Source: the human T2T-CHM13v2.0 reference genome, Homo sapiens. From it: a stretch of DNA of 64,000 bases. This document shows, piece by piece, positions 27,565 to 39,517 of the stretch (its first letter is position 1; every line of letters begins with the position of its first letter). Both the position numbers and the translations under genes were made by a program. The stretch lies in NCBI RefSeq assembly GCF_009914755.1, contig NC_060925.1; one strand, 5' to 3'. The notes beneath the pieces were generated by a model. The model made no database searches. It saw only the letters and a program-made list of their open reading frames with translations, and had not been told where the DNA came from.

Positions 27565-28515
27565 CTAACAAATATATGAAAATAGTATTCAACATCATTA
27601 ATTATCAAGGAAATGCAAATTAAAACCACAGTAAAATACCACCTTACTGCTGCAAGAATGGCCATTACTAAAAAGTCAAAAAACAATAGATGTTACTGTG
27701 GATGTGGTGAAAAGGGAAATGCTTATCCACTACTGGTGGGAATATAAATTAGTACAGCCTCTGTGGAAAACAGGATGAAGATTCCTTAAAGAACTAAAAG
27801 TAAATTCTTCCATTTGATCCAGCAATCCCATTATTAAATATCTACCCAAAGGGAAATAAGTCATTATATGCAAAAGACACGTGCACTGCACACATATGTT
27901 TTTTGCAGTCCAACTCACAGTTGCAAAGATATGGAACCAACATGAGTGCCCATCAGCCAATGAATGGATAAAGAATATGATATATATATATATAAAAAAC
28001 ATATATATGATATATATAAATAGCATTCCAAGATATACATATACATATATACACACACGTATATATACACATATATACACACACATATATATATATACAT
28101 ATGCATATATATACACGTATGCATATATATACACACATATATATGTGTGTATATCATGGAATACTATTCAGCCATAAAAAGAAATAATGTATTTTGCAGA
28201 GACTTGGATAGAGCTGGAGGCTATTATTCTAAATGAAGTAATTCAGCAATGGAAAACCAAAAAGACTGTATGTTCTCACTTATAAGTGGAAACTAAGCTA
28301 TGGGTATGCAAAGGCATACAGAGTGGTATAATGGACTTTGGAGACTCAGAAGGGGGAGGGTAGTAGGGGACTTTGGGATAAAATGCTACACATTTGACAC
28401 AACATTCAACTACTCAAGCAACAGGTGCACTAAAATCTCATATTTCACCACTATGTAATTCACCTGTGTATCCAAAACCCACTTGTACCAGAAAAGTTAT
28501 TGAAATTTGGAAAAA
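27565..28515 (+). mobile_element. L1PB-type 3' end with internal (TA/CA) expansion at ~27980-28153
   Basis: GAAATGCAAATTAAAACCACA, CCATTTGATCCAGCAATCCCA, GCAAAGATATGGAACCAAC, and an L1PB-like 3'UTR (GGGTATGCAAAGGCATACAGAGTGGTATAATGGAC). Confidence 0.9.
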
Positions 28516-29144
28516 TTCAAAAAGAAATAACTTGTATCATCTATTATATTCTAATTTACTAGCACCTGAAGCCAATGGAATTATTTACTACTAAGACAAA
28601 TAAAGGAGGACCACCATAATTATAAAGCTTTGTTTAAAATATCCTAGTCAATTTTTTAAGGAACACAAATTAATGTATAAATATTCAGAATGGACAAAAT
28701 TAATTTGTTAGAAAATAATAAAGGCCAAATAAAATATTTTATAAAATATTAAGATCATTTGGTATTGATTTTGATGAAGCTTTTATTTCTTATAGTTGGG
28801 CTTAATAGTTACAAATGGAAATGAAAATATATCATTAAAATTCAAGCTACATATATACATATAGAGATATATATATATATAAACTCTATAAGTAAAATTT
28901 AAAAAGTATGATTCTGAATGAAATCCAAAATTTAAAGAAGGAAATAAATAAGGCCTAAAATATCAGACATATTATATTACTGGTTGGGAAAAATATTATA
29001 AAAATGTCATTTCTCATAAAATTAGTATGTACCTGTTGCAATTTAAGACGGAGATATCAACAGAGAGTTTTCTTAAATACAGGAGTGCATGAAAACCTGA
29101 CTCAAAAAAATCTAATGCATTTTGAAAACTGTGTGCAAAATGGA

Positions 29145-31122
29145 TCAGGAGAGAGAGAGAGACAGCGAAAAGGAAAATGCACTATACTGGTAAGCCATCA
29201 GATCTCATGAGAACTCACTCACTATCATGAGAAGAGCAAGAGAAATCCACCCTCATGATTCAATCACCTCCCACCAGGTTCCTCACCCGACATTAGGAAT
29301 TACAATTCAACATATTTGGGTGGGGACACAGAGCCAAGCCATATTATTTCACTCCTGGCCCTTCCCATATCTCAAGTCCTTCTCCCATTTTAAAATACAA
29401 TCATGCCTTCTCAACAGTCCCTTAATATCTTAACTCATTCTAACATTAACTGAAAAGTATAGCTTCAAAGTCTCGTTGGAGACAAGGCAAGTCCCTTTCC
29501 CCTATGAGCCTGTAAAATAAAAAACAAGATAGTTACTTTCAATATATTAATAAAATGGGGGTACAGGAATTGGGTAAATGCTCCCATTTGAAACGTGAGA
29601 AATTGGCAAAAACAAGGGGGGTTACAGGCCCCATGCATGTCAGAAACCTGGCAGGGCAGTCATTAAATCTTAAAGCTCCAAAATAATCTCCTTTGACTCC
29701 ATGTCTGACACATAGGATATGCTGATGCAAGGGATGGCACCCACAGCCTTGGGCAGTTCTGTCTCTGTGTCTCTGAAAGGTAAAGCACCTGCAGCTTCTT
29801 TCACGGGCTCACACTGAGTGACTGAGGCTTTTACAGGTGCAAAGTGCATGCTGTAATTGGATCTACCTTTTTGAGGTCTGAAGGAGAGTGGCCCTCTTCT
29901 CACAGCTCCACTAAGCAATGACCCAGTGGGGACTCTGTGTGAGGGCTCCAACCCCACATTTTCCCCACACACTGCCCTAGTAGATGTTCTCCATGAGGTT
30001 TCTGCCCCTGCAGCAGACTTCTGCCTGGACATACAGATGTTTATTTCACAGAGCAGCAGGAAACCATTATTTCCTCCTAGGTCTCCAGGCCTGTGATAGG
30101 AGGGGCTACCTAAAAAATCTCTGAAACAACTTGGAGGCATTTTCCTCATGGTCTTGACTATTAACATTCAGCTCCTCTTTACATATGCAAATTTCTGCAG
30201 CTGGCTTGAATTTTCCAGAAAATGGAATTTCTTTTCTATCACAGGATCAGGCTGCAAAATTTTCAAATTTTTTACTCTGCTTCCCTTTTAAATATAAGTT
30301 TCAGTTTCAGATAATCTCTTTGCTCATGCATATGAGCATATGCTGTCTTGAATGCTTTGCTACTTGGAAATTTCTCTGTCAGATACTCTAAATCACTTCT
30401 CTCAAGTTCAAAGTTCCACAGATCTCTAGAGCAGGGGCACAACACTGCTAGACTTTTCGCTAAAGCATAGAAAGAGTGACTTTTACTCCAGTTCCCAAGA
30501 AGTTCTTCATTTCCATCTGAGACCACCTCAGCCTGGACTTCATTGACCATGTCTCTCTCAGCATTTTGGTCAAAATCATTCAAGAAGTCTCTAGCAAGTT
30601 TCACATCTTTCCCTCATATTCCTGTCTTCTGAGCCCTCCAAACTGTTTCAACCTCTGCCCAGTACCTGTTTCCAAAGCTGCTTCCATATTTTCAGGTATC
30701 TTTATAGCAATGTTCCACTTCTCTGGTACCATTTTTCTGTATTAGTTCATTCTCACACTGCTACAAAGAACTACCTCAGAGTGAGTAATTTATGAAGAAA
30801 AGGGTTCAATTGACTCACAATTCCATAGACAGTACAGAAAGCATGGTTGGGAGGCCTCAGAAAACTTATAATTATGGTAGAAGGTGAAGTGGAAGCAAGC
30901 ACCTTCTTCACATGGTGGGGCGGGAGAGAGAGAGAGCAAAGGGGGAAGTGCCATACACTTTTAAACAACCAGATAACATGAGAACTCACTGACTATCACG
31001 AGAAGAGCAAGGGGGAAATCCACCACCATGATCCAATCATCTACCACCAGGTTTCTCCCCCAACATTGAGAATTATAATTCAACATGAGATCTGGGTGGG
31101 GACACAGAGCCAAACCATATCA
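29145..31122 (-). mobile_element. MaLR provirus, MSTA-like: 5' LTR 30738-31122, internal 29347-30737, truncated 3' LTR ~29145-29346
   Basis: LTR termini TGTATTAGT...CAAACCATATCA. Internal ORF remnant DFDQNAERDMVNEVQAEVVSDGNEELLGNWSK is typical of THE1/MST-int. Confidence 0.93.
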
Positions 31123-31849
31123 ATGTAGAATTGTGAAATCATTACTGCTACCAAGGTGTTAACCATATCCATCTGTCCTTCATTCTGCCCCTTCTGACAT
31201 ATACCTACTCATGTTCAGGCATCCACTGATCTGCATTTTATCACCATAGATCAATTTGCAGTTTCTAGAATTTTTGATACATTGAATCGTATGGTATTAT
31301 TTTTTCTGACTTCTTTTACTTAGTTTTAAAGAATTTACTTATTTTTAAAGAATAAGTTCCACTTTTTAAATTGTTTTATGAAGCAAACGTTCTGTTTATA
31401 TTTTAAATAATGCACATAACATATATTGATAGTATAAGGGTAAAAACAGAGTGTTGTTTTGTGGCTGTGATTTCAAGTTGGTAAAAATGTAGTTCTAATA
31501 CAATGAAATTATAGAGTCAATTTCCTATGCATTTTTTTTCATGTGAATGTAGCAATAGGTTCACATGAGATGTATACAACAAATTCTCATGTCTTATCTC
31601 AAAAATGCATGGCTTTTATTTTAAAGCAAAATAGAAAAGGATATTGTAAGTAAAAGTCAAAAAAATACTGCTGCCAGTAAGATAAATTAGAATATGTACT
31701 CTCTTAATTTAACTTAGTAGTAAAGTCATCTTTCCCAATTATTTGAATAATAATAAAAAAAGGAAATAAGAATAGCAAGGACGATTACGGATTGTAGTTT
31801 TGGAACATGGAATGAGTATTATGTACCAGATATGATTCTAAATGACAAA

Positions 31850-32035
31850 CTTGTAATTTATTGTTCCCTCTTATAATTATGTGACATTTATTATGAATAC
31901 AATTATTTAACATGTGAAGACACTGAGACAGAGAGAGGGTAACTATTTTTCCTAGGCCCATACTGGTAGTCACTGAATTGGTTTTGGCTCTTGGTAGTCT
32001 GGCTGCTGGGTTCAGGCTCCCAACCAGTATGTAAT
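31850..32035 (-). mobile_element. MIR fragment
   Basis: ATGTGAAGACACTGAGACAGAGAGAGGGTAACTA resembles the antisense MIR core. Confidence 0.6.
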
Positions 32036-32246
32036 AATGTTGGTTAGCATGTTAATAAATATTTCTGGACTAACAATTAAAAAACGATTTTTGCCAAATG
32101 AAATTTGGTCTTAAGTCTTCATCTTCACTGACATCAGTTTTTACACACCAAATATCCTCATGTCACTACATGTATAATAGATTATAAAGAAAAATATATT
32201 TTTCCCATGCCCTTAGTTTTTCATTACTCTGAGGAAACAATCATGA

Positions 32247-32304
32247 GGATCATGGTGGTGGATTTCCCCCTTGCTCTTCTCGTGATAGTGAGTGAGTTCT
32301 CATG
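32247..32304 (+). repeat. 58-bp isolated MST LTR fragment, inverted copy of 30977-31034
   Basis: 57/58 identity to the reverse complement of 30977-31034 by direct comparison. Confidence 0.9.
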
Positions 32305-33062
32305 CTCCCTCTGGCTGCCTTGACAGAAGTTTCCAACTCCTAATTCAAGTCTTTACTCGGCTCTTCCCTGCATACACCTGTCCAGCTAGATACTACATGC
32401 TCAGCCTCTATTCCACTCAGCCATGGCTGGGTCAGTGTTTGCTTACCATGTAGACATGGGCAGAAGTTCAGCAACTTCTAGCTTATGTTTAAAAATAATA
32501 TTTGCATGTGTCATTCCCTTCTCTGTTTCCCCACCTGCATGAATCAGGGCTTGATTGGAGCCATCTTACTTTTAGGTGTGTAAGGCAGAGCTGCTCTGCT
32601 GGCCCAGATCCCTGGGTCTTCGTGTAACAGAGACTGGCTATCCATATTGATTGGCCACAGTAGAGGGAAATAAATTATGTCCTGTCTGAGGCACTGTGTT
32701 TAGGTGTAGTTTGTGACTATGCAAAAAGAAGCAAATTTACCAATTATCCTGACTAATGTGCAGGAAATCATGAATCTCCTCAGAGATTTCTGCACATTTG
32801 AATACTTCCTCTTGCCCTTGAAATCAAAAAGAAATGGCAGCTCTAGAACACCAGTAAATCACAGCTTCTCAAGAAGTAGAAATATGTAAATTTTCAAGGG
32901 GCCTTCTAAGAGGAGTTCATTTATTGCTTCACTATTTTGAGGCTTGATTTCTATTATTCAATGTAACATCTGTAATTTTCTTAATTTATATTAATATTGT
33001 GTAAAGATTTAAGACAAGTTTTCAAAGTTTACCTTTTGTGAGGATATTTATATTCATAATTT

Positions 33063-33363
33063 AAAAACAAACAAACAAAAAAAAACAGAGTCTTGCTCTG
33101 TTGCCCAGGGTGGAGTGTAATGGCATGATCTCGGCTCACTGCAATTCCACCTTCCAGGTTCAAGCGATTCTCCTGCCTCAGCCTCCCGAGGAGTTGGAAT
33201 TATAGGCATGCACCACCATGCCTAGCTAATTTTTGTAATTTTTAGTAGAGACGGGGCTTCACCATGTTGGTCAGCCTGGTCTCAAACCCCTGACCTCAGG
33301 TCATCCACCCGCCTCGGCCTCCCAAAGTGCTGGGATTACAGGAGTCAGCCACTGTGCCTGGCC
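33063..33363 (-). mobile_element. AluS (Sx/Sz-like) with reversed-polarity tail
   Basis: Full dimeric Alu body. Flanks ATATTCATAATTT (33050-33062) and ACATTCATAAATTT (33364-33377) look like a TSD. Confidence 0.95.
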
Positions 33364-34159
33364 ACATTCATAAATTTAAACTTAGCATTTCTTTTTTGTT
33401 TATTTCTTGCTACTTAGTATTGAATTTTTTAAATAAAGAATAGGTTTTATTTAAGCAAATCATGTCTGTCTTGAATAAGGCAAGTTATGTTGATCAAATC
33501 AAAATATATTCTATACACTTTTTTATTGAAACCAAGTGTATTTCCTGTACTCAGAATTTTATATAATAATGTTTCATAATATATGAGTTACATTCCTAAA
33601 CTGTAATGTGTTTCTTCTAGGACTATAATTTTTATATTTATACAGCTGTGCAGAAAGCTACAGAATGTTTTTAGGTTTTACAAATCAGTATTAAAATATA
33701 TACTCATTGAAATATAAAACAAGGTACAGAATAGAATAATTTTATTTTCATTACATTCACAAATTATTTAATATAGCATTTATCTGTTGAATAGTAGGGT
33801 CATAGAATATTTGCTATAGTTTTACTACCAAATAAGGCTTATGGTGAGGAATTGTTGTCTAGGTTTACACTTATTAGAATTTTGCTACATCCATTACTGC
33901 TATTAAAATTGAATAAGTCAAAGTTGCTGAAAGTAAATTAGAATCATTTTATACTTGTTATTAAAGTACATACTAAGCATGAGTAACAATAAGCTAAGAG
34001 GTTCATATTTTTAGACTACACAAAAATATTTCATGTAATTTTAGAAATTATTTTAGTTGCCTTTGATTTTCCACCCTTACGATCTACATCAGGATCAGCA
34101 AGCCTTTAATTAAGATAATTCATGCAATACCATACTTACGATATAGGCATGGAGTATCT

Positions 34160-34471
34160 ATTTTTATTTTTATTTATTTATTTATTTATTGAGATGGAGT
34201 TTGCTCTGTTGCTCTAGCTGGAGTGCAGTGGCAAGATCTCGGCTCACTGCAACGTCCGGCTCCCAGGTTCAAGCAATTCTTCTACCTCAGCCTCCTGATT
34301 AACTGGGATTACAGGCACGTGCCACCACGCCAAGCTAAATTTTTTTTTATTTTTAGTAGATACAGGGTTTCACCATGTTGGCCAGGCTGGTCTCAAACTC
34401 CTGACCTCAGGTGATCCATCCGCCTCAGCCTCCCAGTGCTGGGATTACAGGCGTGACCACTGTGCCAGGTC
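34160..34471 (-). mobile_element. AluS
   Basis: (TTTA)n tail and dimeric body. Decayed TSD GGCATGGAGTATCT / AGCATGGTGTATTT. Confidence 0.95.
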
Positions 34472-35739
34472 AGCATGGTGTATTTAAACAACAAGGTTCT
34501 GAGCTCTTCTTTAGATACTGCTTCTGAGATACATGTAATGGCATGGAACAGGCAGTCCTTGGCATGGCAAAATCAGTTTTATGTTCATTCTCCATTTTTG
34601 AAAGATTTTAAACTTTGTACCCACAATCTGTCATAAAGAGGAAAGTGATACCACAGAGCAAATATGTAGCTGCCTCAGCAAAGGACCAAAGAGAATACAG
34701 ATTTGAAGGATTCAATTTAGTTAAACTGAGAATAGTGGCAATACATTATAGCCATAGAGAACATGTGGCATTACATATTGAAAGCATGGGCTTCTGAATA
34801 AATCAACTAATAATCAGTTAGTATTTTTGTAGAAATTAAAAGGCAATGGTATAAAGCATATAACTAAGGGTTTCAGAACTGGCAAATACTATGGAACCAA
34901 ATCAATGAAGGGAAGAAAAAGTTAATTCACTCAAGAACACAAATATTTTCATAGCTGTGCTGATTAAACATCTTGGACATTCTCTTACTGAGGAACGACA
35001 GCCCAACATCACACCCATTGCAGATTTTTTACACTGTCATACATAAACATATTTTATAAGTTGTATATAATTCTTTTGACAAATAGAGGTTCAATCATTT
35101 TAATAAATTCTTGTGTGTTTGTGACGATGTATGTTTATACTTTGTCTTCCTTAAGACTCAAGTTAAAAAAAATCCCTCTAAGAGCAATTAAACATAGAAA
35201 TGGCTAGGCTGTGCAGATTTCTTGATTTTTAAAATAAGACCTATTATGTCAAAGCAATACAACTTAAATACATTCCTTTTTTATCTTTTTTAATGGAACA
35301 CTTTATGCATTGTACCGTAGGGATATTTAAAAGTGATAAACAATTCTTATCTTTAAGGTGCTTTCAATTTAATTAAGAATATGGGGTAATGTGTAGTATA
35401 TATTTGAACATTTTTTTAAATGCTACCAGTATTCAGAAAAAAATACAGAAATTGGACATTTTCCATGGAGAAAAATAAGATAACAGATTAGGTAACAACT
35501 GATTAAAACCAGAAAGAAATTTTGAGAATTAAATAATAAATAAGAAGAAAATTGTGAGAGTTAGAGAATGTGGTTTATCTCACCTTTTACAAAGTTTATT
35601 CTCTATTTTAGTTGTGCTAGGACCTAAATTACTGCATTTTTATCATGCTGTAAATCTAAACAATTCTATTAATTACTAATAAGAAGAAGGTCTAAGAATC
35701 ATGCCATTACAAGTATATAAATTATGGAATGTATTCACT

Positions 35740-36190
35740 TACAGGTACAGATATTTAACCATAGTGTCTTAAACCTGAAAGGGTTTATTCTCTTGCGAAT
35801 GAAAATACTAGTCCATGCCTGGCATAGGGCTCTGTGAAATTATCAGAACCCAGGCTCCTTTTATCTATTACTTGTGATTTCCTTAAGCGTGGTTACCACA
35901 GGTCCTGCTATTATGTATACTCCAGAGAGCAGGAAGAAAGAAGAAAAGAAAGAAAACTCAGTTCTATCTCCTTAAAGATGCATTCCTGAGATTCCCACAT
36001 GAATCTTTTACTTAGAGTGTATTGGCTAGGACTTAACTTTATGTCTATTTTCATCACACAGGAGTTTTAATTGTGGGCAGCAAGGCATATTTTCCTTTTA
36101 AGTATCAATGTGTTCAGTGAGATATTTGGGTTCTTCTACAAATAAAGATGAGGGGAATGAGCATTGGAAAGCTACTTACCATTTCTGTCT
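35740..36190. mobile_element. Old MLT1-type LTR fragment
   Basis: AGTGTCTTAAAC..GGTTTATT..ATCAGAACCCAGGCTCCTTTTATCT..ATTGGCTAGGACTTA resembles MLT1K/L. Confidence 0.5.
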
Positions 36191-36498
36191 GCAATAAGCC
36201 AATATCAAAGAAAAGAGTTGTGTCCATTTCAAGCCTATTAGCAAGAACCAAAGCCTCAAAGCCTTCAGATGGTTGAAGATCAACTTGCAAGTATCACTCA
36301 TGTACAAAACTGAGGTTTGAGTGGATCTAAAAGAAAATCCTGATAACCCAAGTCCAGAAACAACGTAAATTTAGAGAAAGAAGCTAAATATATGGAATTC
36401 AAAAATGAACTTCAATACGGTTGAAAATTATGTTGGAGAAAGACATGAGTGTAAAATTGAATGCCTTCTACTTCTCCTGCAACTTGAGACCTTGATAC

Positions 36499-36531
<33 letters not shown>

Positions 36532-36659
36532 GGAGCCAGTGGTTTGTTTCACAGGGCAAATACACTTTCCCTTAATGGTCACTTATTACTGGATAGGCTG
36601 GAGTTAAAAAAAAAACTCCAATTTTTACAGATCTAAGATAAATGAGAGCTATATAAATG

Positions 36660-37320
36660 AAGAATGTGGACAAATTACTGCAATGTGTCTATTGGTAAAA
36701 CTTTTAGTATAACATTCATACAGAAAACCGCATGTATATGATTCAAATAATTATCACGAAGTGGGCAGATCCAGATCTACAAATAGAAGATGGAAAACAC
36801 TTTGTAAGTTTTCTACCTGTCTCTTCCTCCTCACTACCCACTCCCTCCCCAATCCTACTTATGTTCCTATTGATTTTCGCCTCTTTTGAACTTTATAAGA
36901 ATGAAATCATTCAGTATGTGTTATTTTCTGTTTTGCTATTTTCACACAATATTTTCTTTGTATGATTCATATATGTTGCTTACATCAGTAGTTTATTTGC
37001 ATTGTAGTGTGCTGTTATGATGTGTAACTATACCACAATATTTTAAAAATCAATTTTATGGTTGTTTTCAAATTTTGCTTTTGAAAATTACAGTTTTGCA
37101 ATTCTTATACATTTTTGTACACACATATATACACATTTATTTGTCTTCATGACGAGTTTTGGAATTAATGAATCATTGAGTACATGTATATTCAGGTTTG
37201 AACCTGGCACACAATTTTCTAAAGCATCATATCAATTTATACTCCCAATACACACTTGTGTATGTATACACCCCACAGATGCTGTCAGTATTTTACTGAC
37301 ATTTTCAATGTGCTGTTGAA
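36660..37320 (-). mobile_element. Old L1ME-type 3' fragment
   Basis: TTTGCCTCTTTTGAACTTTATA-like motif, AATGAAATCATTCAGTATGTG, ATTCATATATGTTGC and TATACCACAAT. Confidence 0.55.
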
Positions 37321-39461
37321 AATTTCAGATTGCTTGTATCTGCATTTTTATGCCTGAAGGTTTTTTAAAATGTGGAGATGGGGATGGTTAGTTGAGGGTT
37401 AGGTGGGTATTATTACCCCCTACAGCCACCTTTCACCTAATAGTTCAGAGGAGTTGGTCTCTAACTCCAGTTCACTGGTCCCTTAGAGGAGTTAAAAATT
37501 TTTGAGATATGTGTTGTGCCATTTCTCAGAGTTTCTTCACTAAATCAAAAGAGGAAGTAAAACATATCTGAGACTAAAAAAATTACCTTTTAGTGACTAC
37601 TTGTTTCCTACCAATGACAAGCCAGCACCCAATTTACTCTCATCTATAGTCACTACTTAATCCCTGCTTTTTCTAATCCTGCTTTGAAAATGGCAACCAA
37701 TTCAGAGCTGGTTGATCTCTGCTTCTTTTAGATGTTACTCAGAATCCTTCAGTAGAACCCGAGATCTTACGTAAGATGCTTCACTGCCCCTCTTCTTTAA
37801 AAGTTCTTCTTGTTTCCCCCCAAGTTACTTCTTTTACTGCATAGACTCAATAATGTCATTTTGTCACATTACCAATTGTCCCTGGGGTCTTTGACTGATT
37901 AAATTTTATCAGGATTGAACTTCAGTTGCCTATAATGGTGGCTGTCTAAGTTTAAGTGCCGTCTATCAGATGTTTCCCTTCTCTAAATCACTTTCACATT
38001 CTCCTACTGGCAATTCTTACCTAAAAACACAAACATCTTTTGCTAGAATCTTTTTTTCTCAGGATATGCATCTGGAGAACCCAAATGAAGAAACCATGTG
38101 TCTGTATACCTGTCCCAATGACCTATTGAGAAGTGTCCTCTTAAAACAGTAGACAGGGAGTGGATAATAAAAATGACTATGTATCTGTGCCCATGGGGCT
38201 AAGATAAAAATGAATAATAGCTACTTCCATTTTGGATAGATAGTAATAGAATACTGGAATATGCATAGCATGGAATAAACAATGTATGATTAAGTGAGGT
38301 AGAATTTACATGGTTCGGTTTGGGTAAGTGAGGATGTACGTATTGCCTGTCATTTGAGGGATTCTTAGGGAAGCTCCAGAGAAAACAAAACATTTAGAGG
38401 AAAGTCGGACAGAGCTTTAAAGCCAAAATTAACAGCATGTAATCATAATATAATTTATCTATTTTTATGTTATTATAAAATCAAAATATAAGCCTATACC
38501 ATTTTGTCTTCAGTTATAATAATGCAATGTAATATGTAGATAGAATTGCAGTTGTTTAATCAAGCAAAGTGCATAAGGCATGGATTTCCTTTAGTAAATA
38601 TGTACGTATTCATTAACAGCTATGTTTTTACAGCTTTGGGGAATAATCAGTATCATATTACAGTATCTCATATTCAATATTTCACATATTTTACTGAAGT
38701 TAAATACATAATGCTAATCACTAATCTTTCCTGTAGCTACCACATAATTATATTGTTTGTTAATAGTAAGTAAAAATTATTAAACAACTTAAAAGATAAA
38801 ATTTAAAAATGTGGTAAGTGTAGTATTCTTCCAAGTTATTTACTGCTGTCCCCATAAAGGTTATCTATTTCTGCCTGCTGATTTGTGGCTTTCTGTGCTT
38901 TCCTATGCTGTTAGTATTGAACTTGGCGGTGAATTTTGCTTGGACTGATAAAAGTCAGCAGCACAGGGTAAGCCATGGCAAAATAGAAGCTTTAAAGGTC
39001 ATTGAAAAGTTTCATACACTCTTGATTTTTCCCCCCTCTGACATAGTAATGACATATATAAATTATGAGAATTTCTTCAGTCTGGATATGGACTAAAGAA
39101 GGGATGTACTGTGTAGCTGTACCTGCAGCAAGTCAATCAACAGGCCAAGAAAGAGAGAGAGTAAAAGAGAGACAGACACACATGGTATTGAAGCCAACCG
39201 AGACTTGGTGTTTGCTTGATCCAACAGCATAACCTGGGGTAAACTCAATAAGTAAATGATGTATTGGGATGAATATTTAATGATGCTAATGCACACAGAT
39301 ATGAAAGATATCAAGTAAAATTTGTATCTGCACATTTCATCTAGTCAATCTTGAAGCATTTGATTTTCTTCGATATATGTAACACATAAAACACAAACAA
39401 AATATAGATTTACTAACCATTATTAGTTTAGCTTCATTTTATTTTCAAAAGGAAAGATATA

Positions 39462-39517
39462 TTAGGTTGGTGCAAAAGTAATTGGCAAAAACCACAATTA
39501 CTTTTGCACCAACTTAA
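39462..39517. mobile_element. MADE1 (Hsmar1 MITE), internally deleted, 56 bp
   Basis: TTAGGTTGGTGCAAAAGTAATT ... AATTACTTTTGCACCAACTTAA inverted repeats with TA on both sides. Confidence 0.95.

Noticed and set aside
27730-28177. Y/I/C/V-rich ORFs, also at 58662-59156 and 18380-18595
   Set aside because: They are translations of (TA)/(CA)/(TG) microsatellites.
29670-30604. 165-aa and 110-aa minus-strand ORFs, and similar ORFs at 44014-45411
   Set aside because: They are remnants or chance frames of MaLR internal sequence found in many copies.
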